Positions 38,197 to 47,469 of a stretch of DNA of 64,000 nucleotides are shown piece by piece. Position numbers and translations under genes: made by a program. The stretch is from an uncultured Thermoleophilia bacterium (lineage in GTDB: Bacteria; Actinomycetota; Thermoleophilia; UBA2241). Under the pieces are notes generated by a model, which ran no database searches, was not told where the DNA came from, and saw nothing but the letters and a program-made list of their open reading frames with translations. Location: contig CAVVGY010000009.1 in NCBI GenBank assembly GCA_963747935.1, positions 72,752 through 136,751 on the forward strand, in the 5' to 3' direction. The number at the start of each line of letters is the position of its first letter. The stretch's first letter is position 1.

Positions 38197-39066
38197 GTGC
38201 AGCCTCGTTGGCAGGGTCTCGGCAAGGTCCAGTTCTCGAAGTGGCAGGGCCTCGGCAACAACTACATCGTCCTTCACGTGGACCAGCTCCCGTTCGAGCT
38301 GACCCCGGATCGCGTCCGCTTGCTCTGCGACCGCAACGTGGGCATCGGGTCGGACGGCATCCTGCTCATCGGCGAGCAGACCGGTGAAGCCCGCTTCGGC
38401 CTGCGCATCTTCAACCCCGACGGCAGCGAAGCCGAGATGTGCGGCAACGGCGTGCGCATGGTGGCGCGCAAGCTCAAGATGGAAGGCCTCATCACAGGCG
38501 ACACCGTCGTCCTCGACACGCCGGCGGGAGAGATCGTCCCCAAGCTCGGCGAGGGCTTCGAGGTCACGGTCGACATGGGCATCGCCCGCTTCGGAGGCGA
38601 GAAGCTGACCGGGTTCGACGGCGACGCCGTGGAAGAGAGCCTCAACGCCGCCGGCCGCAATTTCACGTTCACGTTCGTCGACGTCGGCAATCCGCACGCC
38701 ATCATCCAGTCCCCGTGGCCGCTGGAGCTCGTGCCGCTGCACGAGGTCGGCCCGATGATCGAGGAGCACAAGTACTTCCCCCGCAAGGCCAACGTAGAGT
38801 TCGTCAAGGTGCTCGGCGAGCACGACGCCAAGGTGCGCGTGTGGGAGCGCGGGGTGGGGGAGACCCGGGCCTGCGGCACCGGCGCCACCGCCACCGCCGT
38901 CGCGCTGGTGCGCACCGGGCAGTGCACGAGCCCGGTCACCGTCGAACTCCCGGGCGGCAAGCTCGTGGTGGAGGTGAAGCCGGACTGGCGGGTGTTCATG
39001 ACCGGTCCGGCCGAGGAGATCTACCACGGCGACCTCTCGCTCGAGTTCCTCTCGCATCTCGAGTAA
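38197..39066 (+). CDS. dapF: diaminopimelate epimerase
   Basis: ..VQFSKWQGLGNNYIVL...NPDGSEAEMCGNGVR...ETRACGTGATA (both catalytic Cys motifs). The start is taken at in-frame GTG 38197; ATG 38140 is also possible. Confidence 0.85.
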   Translation: MQPRWQGLGKVQFSKWQGLGNNYIVLHVDQLPFELTPDRVRLLCDRNVGIGSDGILLIGEQTGEARFGLRIFNPDGSEAEMCGNGVRMVARKLKMEGLITGDTVVLDTPAGEIVPKLGEGFEVTVDMGIARFGGEKLTGFDGDAVEESLNAAGRNFTFTFVDVGNPHAIIQSPWPLELVPLHEVGPMIEEHKYFPRKANVEFVKVLGEHDAKVRVWERGVGETRACGTGATATAVALVRTGQCTSPVTVELPGGKLVVEVKPDWRVFMTGPAEEIYHGDLSLEFLSHLE

Positions 39067-39102
39067 TCCCGCTCGCTCACGACCAGTCACTCTCGGAGGA
39101 CC

Positions 39103-40267
39103 ATGAGGATCGCAGAACGCGTTCGCACGCTGCCCCCGTACCTGTTCGCCGCCATCGAGCGGCAGATCGCCGAGCGCAAGGCCGCCGGCATCGACGTCAT
39201 CAGCCTGGGCATCGGCGATCCGGACCTGCCCACGCCGCCGCACGTCATCGAGGCGCTGGCGGCCGGCGCGAACGATCCTGCCACGCACCAGTACCCGAGT
39301 AACCAGGGCGAGCTCGGCTTCCGCGAGGCGGTGGCCGGGTTCTACGCCTCGCGCTTCGGCGTCGATCTCGACGTGGCCACCGAGATCGTGCCGCTGCTTG
39401 GCGCCAAGGAGGGCATCGCCCACATCTGCCAGGTCTTGCTCGACCCTGGAGACCTGGCGCTGGCGGCGGACCCCGGCTATCCCGTGTACGTCACCGGACC
39501 GCAGCTCGCGGACGGAGTGGCCCAGCACCTGCCGCTCGTGCCCGCACTGGGCTTCCAGCCGGACCTCGACGCGATCCCGGCAGAGACCGCCGCGAAGGCC
39601 AAGCTGATCTTCGTCAGCTACCCGAACAATCCGACGGGCGCCGTGATCGAAGATGACTTCTTCGCCCGTCTGGTCGCGTTCGCCAAGGCCAACGACGTCG
39701 TCGTGGTCCACGACAACGCCTACGCCGACATCACCTACGACGGCTACGTGGCGCCGAGCTTCCTGGCCACGCCCGGCGCCTCCGAGGTCGGTGTGGAGAT
39801 GTTCAGCCTCTCCAAGAGCTACAACATGACCGGCTGGCGCGCCGGCGCCATCGTCGGCAATCCTGAGGTCGTCGACGCGTACTGGCGCCTCAAGACCAAC
39901 CTGGACTCCGGCATGTTCGGCGCCGTGCAGCGCGCCGCGGCGGCCGCACTCGAGCGGTTCGCAGGAGTGCGTGCGCGAGATGTGCCGCGTGTACCACCGG
40001 CGGCGTGACCTGCTCGTGGAGGCGCTCCGTACGGTCGGCATGCACGTGGAGCCGCCGAAGGGCACTATCTACCTGTGGGTACCTGTGCCCGAAGGCTACA
40101 CATCAGCGACCTTCACCCAGCAGGTGCTGGAGCAGGCGGACGTGGTGGTCACGCCGGGGGCAGCCTATGGCCCCTCCGGCGAAGGCTACGTCCGCATGTC
40201 GCTCACCCTGCCGGACGACCGCCTCGAGGAGGCGGTGCGTCGCATCGAGGAGCGCGTACGCCTCTAG
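39103..40267 (+). pseudogene. dapL: LL-diaminopimelate aminotransferase (DapL-type class I aminotransferase), frame broken once near 39950
   Basis: [43 protein letters not shown]...NPTGAV...[14 protein letters not shown] in ORF 39103..40008. It continues as [22 protein letters not shown]...PKGTIYLWVPVP in ORF 39971..40267. Confidence 0.8.
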
Positions 40268-40295
40268 CAACTCTCACTACGCTCTCGAGGCCCGT

Positions 40296-41666
40296 GTGAC
40301 GGACCCTGAGACCGATCTCGAAGGCAGCGCCACCGAAGGCCGTCCGCGGACCGTCGTGTTCGCGGTCGTCCCGAGCCGCCGCGGCGAGCCCGGCGAGGAC
40401 GAGGAACTGGTCGAGATCAAGGAGCTTCTGCGCTCGGCCGACATGGAGTGGGTCGCCGACGTCATCCAGCACCGCGATTCGCCCAATCCTCGCACCTACC
40501 TCGGCAAGGGCAAGATGGTCGAGCTCAAGGAGACCGTAGCGGAGCAGAAGGCCGCGGTGGCCGTCTGCGAGGACGATCTCTCCCCGGCGCAGGTCGCGTC
40601 CGTGCTCGACGCGGTCGACGCCGACGTACTCGACCGCACGGAGCTCATCCTCACCGTGTTCAGCAAGCACGCGCACTCGCTGGAGGGCACCATGCAGGTG
40701 CACCTCGCGCAGCTCGAGTACGAGCTCACGCGTATGCGCGGCAAGGGCCTCGTGATGAGCCGCCTCGGCGCCGGCGTGGACATGCGCGGCCCCGGCGAGA
40801 CCAAGATGGAGGTCGACCGCCGCGTCGTGCGCAAGCGCATCCAGACGCTCCGCGGCCGCATCGAGCAGATGGCGCGCACACGCAGGACCCAGCGTGCGCA
40901 CCGTATCCGCGCCGGCGTGCCGCTCATCGCCCTCGCCGGCTACACCAACGCCGGCAAGTCCACGCTGCTCAACGCGCTCACCGACGCCCACGTCTCGGTG
41001 CAGGACCGCCTGTTCGAGACGCTGGATCCGACTTCGCGCAGCTTCCGCTACCACGACCGCGACTACGTGCTCACCGACACCGTGGGCTTCATCCGCAAGC
41101 TGCCGCACCAGCTCGTCGACGCGTTCGCCAGCACCCTCGAGGAGACCACGCTGGCCGACGTCGTGCTCGTGGTGGCCGACGCCAGCCTCGAGGTCTCCGA
41201 GATCGCGGTGCGCGAGCAGACCGTTGCCGACGTGCTCGACAGGATCGGCAGCACGGCGCCTCGCATCATGGTCTTCAACAAGATCGACTGCCTCGATGAG
41301 CCCAAGCTCCAGCGTCTCAAGGCCCTCTATCCGGACGCGGAGTTCGTCGCCGCCGGCAAGGGCTACGGACTGGACCTGCTGCAGGCGCGCCTGGCGCGGT
41401 TCTTCGACCGCGCGCTGCGGCCCGTCAAGCTCCTGTTCCCGTACAGCGAGGCCGGCGAGATGCACCGGCTGCGCGGCATCGCCAGTGACGTGCACGAGGA
41501 GCACACGCCGGAGGGCGTGGTCTTCGAGGCCCGGCTGCCCGCGGCCGAGGCCGGGCGCTACGCACGCTACCGCGTCGAACCTGAGATCCCCAGCGACCTC
41601 CCGGACGAGTCCGGCACTCCCGACGACGAGGCTGCTCCGCCGGACGACGCCGACGTCGATGACTGA
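40296..41666 (+). CDS. hflX: GTPase HflX
   Basis: GTG 40296. LDRTELILTVFSKHAHSLEGTMQVHLAQLEY...IALAGYTNAGKSTLLNALT...DTVGFI...NKID. Confidence 0.9.
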   Translation: MTDPETDLEGSATEGRPRTVVFAVVPSRRGEPGEDEELVEIKELLRSADMEWVADVIQHRDSPNPRTYLGKGKMVELKETVAEQKAAVAVCEDDLSPAQVASVLDAVDADVLDRTELILTVFSKHAHSLEGTMQVHLAQLEYELTRMRGKGLVMSRLGAGVDMRGPGETKMEVDRRVVRKRIQTLRGRIEQMARTRRTQRAHRIRAGVPLIALAGYTNAGKSTLLNALTDAHVSVQDRLFETLDPTSRSFRYHDRDYVLTDTVGFIRKLPHQLVDAFASTLEETTLADVVLVVADASLEVSEIAVREQTVADVLDRIGSTAPRIMVFNKIDCLDEPKLQRLKALYPDAEFVAAGKGYGLDLLQARLARFFDRALRPVKLLFPYSEAGEMHRLRGIASDVHEEHTPEGVVFEARLPAAEAGRYARYRVEPEIPSDLPDESGTPDDEAAPPDDADVDD

Positions 41667-42117
41667 CGCCGGCCTGCCCGTCCCGGTCCGCCTGCTCACG
41701 CCCGCGGCGCGGCTCCCCGAGCGCGCCTACGAGCACGACGCCGCCTGGGACCTCTACGCGGCGGAGGAGGCCACGCTCCCGCCGCTGCATCGCGCAGTGG
41801 TCGGCACCGGCATCGCCCTTGGCCTCCCGCCGCACCTCGCCGCTTTCACGCTGCCACGCTCCGGACTCGCCGCCCGCCACGGCATCTCCATCGTGAACGC
41901 TCCGGGGCTCATCGACCCCGGCTACCGCGGCGAGGTCCGCATCATCCTGCTCAACACCGACGCAGAGGCCACGTTCGTCGTCGCCCCGGGCGACCGGATC
42001 GCCCAGTTGCTCTTCCTGCCCATGACCGATGTCCACCTGTTTACGGCGGAGACCCTCGACGACACCCACCGTGGTGAGAGAGGATTCGGCTCAAGCGGCA
42101 CAGGGGGGAGGACCTGA
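41659..42117 (+). CDS. dut: dUTP diphosphatase
   Basis: RLPERAYEHDAAWDLYA...PRSGLAARHGISIVNAPGLIDPGYRGEVRIILLN...RGERGFGSSG. Confidence 0.85.
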   Translation: MTDAGLPVPVRLLTPAARLPERAYEHDAAWDLYAAEEATLPPLHRAVVGTGIALGLPPHLAAFTLPRSGLAARHGISIVNAPGLIDPGYRGEVRIILLNTDAEATFVVAPGDRIAQLLFLPMTDVHLFTAETLDDTHRGERGFGSSGTGGRT

Positions 42118-42611
42118 TGGCCGACCAGCCCCAGGAGCCGAAGGCAGCCGTCGAGGAGACGGCTCCGGCAGACGAGAAGCCTACTATTCGGGTCGCAGGA
42201 CTGCTCATCCACGAAGGTAGTATCTTGATGGTAGAGCAGGGGAGAGGCGACGACCACTATTGGCTGCTGCCCGGCGGAGGCGTCCTGTTCGGCGAGACGC
42301 TCTCGGACGCGCTCAAGCGTGAACTCCGCGAGGAACTCGGCATGCGCGTCGGCGTCCAGCGGCTCGTGGCCATCGTCGAGTCGATCTCGCCGGATCCGGA
42401 GTACGCCAAGCACGTCGTGCACCTGGTGTTCGAGATCTCGGCGCCGACGGAGGACCTGCCGGAGCCACAGGAGGACAAAGTGCTCAACGCGCGGTTCCTC
42501 AGCGAGTTCCAGTTGCAGTCCGCGGACGTGCGCCCGCCGATCTCCGAGTTCCTGAGCGGCTGCGTGAGGGAGATGCCCTCGTCACCGCAGTACCTCGGGC
42601 GCCGCTGGTAG
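42117..42611 (+). CDS. NUDIX hydrolase
   Basis: Nudix box GGGVLFGETLSDALKRELREELG. The start abuts the dut stop. Confidence 0.8.
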   Translation: MADQPQEPKAAVEETAPADEKPTIRVAGLLIHEGSILMVEQGRGDDHYWLLPGGGVLFGETLSDALKRELREELGMRVGVQRLVAIVESISPDPEYAKHVVHLVFEISAPTEDLPEPQEDKVLNARFLSEFQLQSADVRPPISEFLSGCVREMPSSPQYLGRRW

Positions 42612-43294
42612 GCGCGTTCTCCGCTCGACAGTCCGTGATTCCAGTCCGCCGGCGACCCGCTGCGCCTGCCAGGTAACACGCGATAATCTCCGTTATGTAA
42701 AGTAACAGGTCAGAAACCCCGGCCGGCCTCTTCGCCAGGCCCGTCACCGGCAGCGGGCTCACAGCGACTCCTCCCCGGGATCTTCACCTTCTTCACGGAC
42801 GTGGACGCAGTTGCCGGCTTCTCCGGTAGTGCGTCCGACCGTGCGCGCACAAGTCCTGGCACCCGGACCGATTCCTTCTCGCATGACCAACGCGCGCGAC
42901 GCCACGTGTCGTACGGTCCAGACTTCCACCGGCCCGGCAGCGCACCGGCCTCCCCCACACCACCTCCGTCCTTGGATTGGACTGTCGGATCATCCCGTCC
43001 TGAGTCGGACAGACGGCGCTGGTGGCGTCGTTGGGGCTGAGCGCGTCCGACGCCCACCTCCTGGTCACGCGCAAAGGCTGTGGCTGGGTCACTCCGTCTC
43101 GAGAGCCGCTACGGCTAGATTAGTAGCATGTGCCGACTACCTGATTCGTAGGCGGGCCTCCCGCAACAAGGACCACACGTTCCCGGCTCAACGGTGACTG
43201 TGCGACAGCCGGACCGACGGGCAATGACACCAGAAAGGACGGGTCTCCAGCAGGATGAGGCCCGCGACGTGTCATCACTGGATGAGGAGAGACC

Positions 43295-44323
43295 ATGCTG
43301 CGCAGACGCCCTAAAGCGTCCATTGCCGTTGCGATCACGGTGGCTGCCGCAGTCCTCGCGGCCCTTGCGGCAGCAGGCTGCAGCATCCGCCCCGCATCCG
43401 CCTCCACGCCGAAGGGGTACTCGTTCGCCGCCTACGGTGACATCAGGCCGGATTCGAGCTCGCCGACTGCTGACTACGGACCCGGCTTCCATCGCGTCAT
43501 GGCGAAGCTGGGCAGCCTGCCCCACGCCTTCGACGTGGTTGTGGGCGACATCATCCAGAACGCCTCCGGGGGCTACACGCTGGCCACGACCGAGCAGAAG
43601 TACAACGACATGCTGGCGCAGCTCGGACCGGACGCGCAGGCGCGGCATGTCTGGGTTGTGGGCAACCACGAGGGCGTGCAGACACAGACGGGGGCCGGCG
43701 CCTTCTCGGCCGTCCTCCACCCCGGTCCCCGCTGGTACACCTACAGCTACGGCGCGGGCACGGCCGATCAGCCCAGGGTGGTCGTGATCGTCCTCTCGAC
43801 CGAAGAGGCAGGCATGACGGGCCGCATCGGCTACTACGGCGTGGGCGACAGCCGCAACTCGGCCCAGGCTGACTTCCTGGTGCACGCACTGCAGACGCAC
43901 GCGGGCGACCAGCACACCTACCTCGTCGTCGCCATGCACCGGCCCATCACCGATCCAAAGCCGAACGAGTCCTTCGACGTCAACGGCGAGCGGCTTCCGC
44001 TGGAACACCTGTTCGCCAGGTACGGCGTCGACCTCGTGCTGAACGGCCACGTCCACGCGTACGTGCGGCACGTGATGCCCAACGGCCTGCCGTACATCAC
44101 CGTAGGGACCGGCGGGTCCCCGCTCTACAGCCCGCGCACCACCGTGACCACGTCGCCCGGCACGGACGCCCGCAGGATCTTCGGGCACTACGGTTTCACG
44201 CTGTTCCGGGTGGGCGGCGACGGCATGGCCGGCACCACCTTCAGCCTGGACACCTCGACCGGGAAGTGGCGCGTCGCCGACCGGTTCAGTGTGCCGCAGC
44301 AGCAGCCGCTGCCGGGCGGCTGA
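43295..44323 (+). CDS. secreted calcineurin-like metallophosphoesterase (lipobox-like signal peptide)
   Basis: MLRRRPKASIAVAITVAAAVLAALAAAGCS..., then YSFAAYGDIRPD, VVVGDIIQNA, VVGNHE, VVAMHRP and LNGHVHAY motifs. It is a paralogue of 54565..56034. Confidence 0.7.
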   Translation: MLRRRPKASIAVAITVAAAVLAALAAAGCSIRPASASTPKGYSFAAYGDIRPDSSSPTADYGPGFHRVMAKLGSLPHAFDVVVGDIIQNASGGYTLATTEQKYNDMLAQLGPDAQARHVWVVGNHEGVQTQTGAGAFSAVLHPGPRWYTYSYGAGTADQPRVVVIVLSTEEAGMTGRIGYYGVGDSRNSAQADFLVHALQTHAGDQHTYLVVAMHRPITDPKPNESFDVNGERLPLEHLFARYGVDLVLNGHVHAYVRHVMPNGLPYITVGTGGSPLYSPRTTVTTSPGTDARRIFGHYGFTLFRVGGDGMAGTTFSLDTSTGKWRVADRFSVPQQQPLPGG

Positions 44324-44432
44324 ACGCGTCGACGATTGTGCGCCGGGCCTGCTAAGTGCGAGGGAAAGGAATGGCATCCCGCTCAACACCAACGACCGCC
44401 CGTTCAGTACCTGGACCAGAACCGAGGACACC

Positions 44433-45764
44433 GTGAAAGGCAGCAGTTCTCCGAACGGCAGAAGCGAGTACCGGCAGGCCGTCATCCTTGTGGGAGGTGA
44501 GGGCAGCCGGCTGCGACCGATCACGTCGCGGGTGCCGAAGCCTGCCGCTCCCCTGCTGGGGCGGCCGTTCGTCAGCTACATCCTGGAGAACCTGGTCCAC
44601 CACGGAGTGGACCGCGTGGTCTTCTCCACCGGCTACCTCGCCGCCGCCATCGAGGCGGAGGTCGGCGACGGAGGCCGGTACGGCCTCGATGTAAGGTACG
44701 CCTTCGAGGACTCGCCCCTCGGGACCGCGGGAGCCATCAGGAACGCCGCGTCCGCGCTGGAGCCCGGCGGCTTCCTCGTGCTGAACGGGGACATCCTGAG
44801 CGACGCCGACCTGAGCGCCGTCGTCGCGTTCCACCGGGAGAGGCAGGCGGTCGCCACGCTGCTGACCACGGCGGTCGACGATCCCAGCCGCTACGGCCTG
44901 GTTGACGTTCGGGCGGACGGCCGGGTCGCGAGCTTCGTCGAGAAGCCCGGTGACGACTGGCCCGGTCCAGGCCTCATCAACGCCGGTGTGTACGTCCTCG
45001 AGCACGAGGCGCTCGACCTCATCCCACCTGGGCGCGAGTTCAGCATCGAGCGCGGCGTCTTCCCCTCACTGGCCGCCTCCGGCAGTCTCTACGCCTTCGT
45101 CGGCGCGGGCTACTGGCGCGACATCGGCACACCTCAGAGCTACCTGCAGGCACATTTCGACCTGCTGCGCGGACCGCTTGGGGTCGGGGCTCGCCGCGGG
45201 CTAGACGACGGCCACGACGGGGACGGGCAGGGACTCGTCTCCATCTCGCCGGATGCGCGCATCGATCCCGAGGCACAGCTCGTGCCTCCCGTGCACGTGG
45301 CCGGCGACGCCGTCATCAAGCGCGGCGCGACCGTCGGTCCGCTGACGGTGGTGGGCCGCGGCGCCCGGGTCGGCCGAGGAGCCCTGGTGGTCGCCTCCGT
45401 GCTCCAGGATGGCGTCAAGGTCGGTCGGGACGCGGTGGTGGACCACAGCGTCATCGTGCGGCGGGCCACCGTCGGCAGCGGATCGCACTTGAGCGATGTG
45501 GTCATCGGAGAGGCCTGCAACGTCGGCAAGGGAAACGTCCTCGCGAACGGGCTGCACCTCTTCCCTCAGGCGATCCTCCCGGACCGCAGCGTCAAGTTCC
45601 GTGACTCCGGAGCACCGGCGCTGGCCGCACCCGCCACCGCACTCGATGCAGCGGATCGGCAGGAGTCTTCCGGTGTGGACCGGCAGGTTTTGGCAGTGGC
45701 GGACCTGGAGGACCTTGCGGCCGCGTCTCCGGGAGAGCTGGGAGACCTCGAGCCGGCGGCCTGA
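44433..45764 (+). CDS. NDP-sugar pyrophosphorylase, GDP-mannose pyrophosphorylase-like (nucleotidyltransferase + left-handed beta-helix)
   Basis: GTG 44433. AVILVGGEGSRLRPITSRVPKPAAPLLGRPFVSYILENL...LGTAGAIRNA...NGDILSDADL...YWRDIGTPQSY, then hexapeptide-repeat-like V/G-rich repeats. Confidence 0.8.
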   Translation: MKGSSSPNGRSEYRQAVILVGGEGSRLRPITSRVPKPAAPLLGRPFVSYILENLVHHGVDRVVFSTGYLAAAIEAEVGDGGRYGLDVRYAFEDSPLGTAGAIRNAASALEPGGFLVLNGDILSDADLSAVVAFHRERQAVATLLTTAVDDPSRYGLVDVRADGRVASFVEKPGDDWPGPGLINAGVYVLEHEALDLIPPGREFSIERGVFPSLAASGSLYAFVGAGYWRDIGTPQSYLQAHFDLLRGPLGVGARRGLDDGHDGDGQGLVSISPDARIDPEAQLVPPVHVAGDAVIKRGATVGPLTVVGRGARVGRGALVVASVLQDGVKVGRDAVVDHSVIVRRATVGSGSHLSDVVIGEACNVGKGNVLANGLHLFPQAILPDRSVKFRDSGAPALAAPATALDAADRQESSGVDRQVLAVADLEDLAAASPGELGDLEPAA

Positions 45765-45790
45765 GGAGGCGCCGCAGGGCGCTCTCCTCA
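45762..45790. terminator. GC-rich hairpin between convergent genes (no clear U-tract)
   Basis: TGAGGAGGCGCC...GGCGC(T)CTCCTCA forms a 12-bp stem with one bulge. It spans the stop of the nucleotidyltransferase and faces the 3' end of the minus-strand phosphatase gene. Confidence 0.3.
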
Positions 45791-45812
45791 GGCCGCCTCG
45801 GCCCACTCGGTC

Positions 45813-47231
45813 TCAGTAGCCGTACGTCACGACGTCGAACGACTGCCCGAGCGAGTTGACCGGCATCACGGTCACCTGGTTGGAGGTCACTGTGACCTTG
45901 AGGAAGCTGAAGACCTGCGCTGGCGAGGTCGGCGGCTTGGCGGCTCCTGTCGCGCTGCCCTTGTTCGATGAGTAGCTCCAGCCGATGCCGTAGGCGTCGA
46001 ACGGACTCGTCCCGTGCTGGCCGATGGGCTCGAGCTTCTCCCCTCCCGCCCCGGTGACGTAAGACACGAAGCTCTCCCCGGGTTGCTGGAAGTTGCGCTC
46101 ATAGATGTGGGCGTGGCCGTTGAAGACGAACTGCACGCCGTACTGCGTGAGAAGCGCCGCCAGGCTGTTCGGCCCATGGAGGTAGCTGTCGGTGGTCTCG
46201 CTCGAGTTGTCGGAGTACATGGGGAAGTGGAAGACCGCGAACTTCAGCGCGGCCGGGTGGGTGGCGAGGTCGTTGGCCAGCCACTGGTACTCGGCCGCGG
46301 TCGGCGCCCAGTGCGCGGCGTGGTCGTCCGAGTACAGAGTCCCCGTCCCGGTGTTCGTGTTCGCCCAGGCGGCCGTGAGCACGTAGTAGCGCGCAGTTCC
46401 GATGCTGAACGCGTACCACGCGGACGGGTAGTTCGCCGTACTGGTGCCCGGCACGCTGTAGGAATCCATCTGATAGCGCCCGGCCGACAGTACGGGCGCC
46501 GTGGGCTGTGGCCAGATGTTGAGGAACGTGCTGTTGAAGCCGTGGTTGCCCGGCGACCCGAACATCGACATGACGTCGCCGACGTTCTTGTAGAGCGACG
46601 GGCCGAAGACGTCCGAGATGTTGGTGCCCGTCTGGAACAGGTCGCCGTAGTTGGCCTGGTTGCCACTTGGATAGGCGACGTCGCCGGCGCTGAGGATGAA
46701 GGATGCGCCGCTCGAAGCGATCTGGCTCATGAGGTTGGCCTGGTCTGTCGTGCTGGTGCCGGCTCCCCAGTCGCCGAGCACCGCGAAGGAGTACGAGCCG
46801 GAGCTCGGCGGCGTGGTGAACGACGGAGAGGTATCCACGCCGAGCAGGTCCACCACCGGCGTGTTGAAGAACACGCGGTAGCTGTACACCGTACCGGGCT
46901 GCAACCCGGTGATCTTGGCCTTCCATTGGTACTCGGCCACCCCGTTGACCGAGATCGACGTCTTGCTGCCATTCGCCTTGTGCGCGGTGGCCGACTCGAT
47001 GCCGGCCTGGCCGTAGGTCGCATAGCCGGTGGTCTGGCTCCGGTCGGTGGCCCAGTTGATGGTCGCGTTGTACGTCGTGCCCGCGCTGACCACGTCGGTC
47101 AGATACGGATACCGCTTCAGCTGCGGCTGACTTGCCGCGCTGACGGTGGTCTGGGCGAGTGCGAATCCCGCAAGGGCCACAGCGACCAGGATCCCGGTCA
47201 GCCCGACTTGGACGGTCCAGCGTCGCATCAC
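45813..47231 (-). CDS. secreted purple-acid-phosphatase-like metallophosphoesterase
   Basis: Signal peptide, an N-terminal FN3-like region (YPYLTDV...YSYRV), then GDWG, SAGDVAY, GNHG, HFPMYS and NGHAHIYER motifs. Confidence 0.75.
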   Translation of the reverse strand: MMRRWTVQVGLTGILVAVALAGFALAQTTVSAASQPQLKRYPYLTDVVSAGTTYNATINWATDRSQTTGYATYGQAGIESATAHKANGSKTSISVNGVAEYQWKAKITGLQPGTVYSYRVFFNTPVVDLLGVDTSPSFTTPPSSGSYSFAVLGDWGAGTSTTDQANLMSQIASSGASFILSAGDVAYPSGNQANYGDLFQTGTNISDVFGPSLYKNVGDVMSMFGSPGNHGFNSTFLNIWPQPTAPVLSAGRYQMDSYSVPGTSTANYPSAWYAFSIGTARYYVLTAAWANTNTGTGTLYSDDHAAHWAPTAAEYQWLANDLATHPAALKFAVFHFPMYSDNSSETTDSYLHGPNSLAALLTQYGVQFVFNGHAHIYERNFQQPGESFVSYVTGAGGEKLEPIGQHGTSPFDAYGIGWSYSSNKGSATGAAKPPTSPAQVFSFLKVTVTSNQVTVMPVNSLGQSFDVVTYGY

Positions 47232-47401
47232 TCATCTTCTCCTGGTGTCGTCTTGTGAGGGTCGTGTGGTGTCAGTCTCTTGTTCCTCCTGCCCGCGCTC
47301 TGCTTCGCAGCAACGTTGTGAGCCCGGCTTCGCTCCAAACCAACGTCAGCGCGTTAGTCGTCCGGGCCGTTGGGCACTCGCAAAGACAAGGACAGGACAA
47401 C

Positions 47402-47416
47402 GGCGTGTCACACGCC
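47402..47416. promoter_or_regulatory. perfect 15-bp palindrome GGCGTGTCACACGCC in a divergent promoter region (candidate operator)
   Basis: It lies in the 238-bp spacer between the minus-strand phosphatase gene (start 47231) and the GtrA-fusion gene (start 47470). Confidence 0.3.
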
Positions 47417-47469
47417 GGTCGGACAGCGGCGACCTTCGCCGGAGATCACAGCCCCCGGGAGGCAGCAAC

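Noticed and set aside
37747-40065. 772-aa minus-strand ORF opposite miaA, dapF and dapL
   Set aside because: It is a shadow ORF spanning three conserved plus-strand genes.
42793-43197. ORFs of 99 aa (minus) and 128 aa (plus) in the nudix-phosphoesterase gap
   Set aside because: They are Arg/Pro-rich and overlap each other on opposite strands. They have no motifs, no Shine-Dalgarno, and locally atypical composition, so the gap is treated as non-coding.
43100-47469. PhoP/PHO-box direct repeats upstream of the phosphoesterase genes
   Set aside because: I scanned the two promoter regions (43100-43294 and 47232-47469) for GTTCACC-type 11-nt direct repeats and found none. The phosphate-regulon idea therefore remains only a hypothesis.
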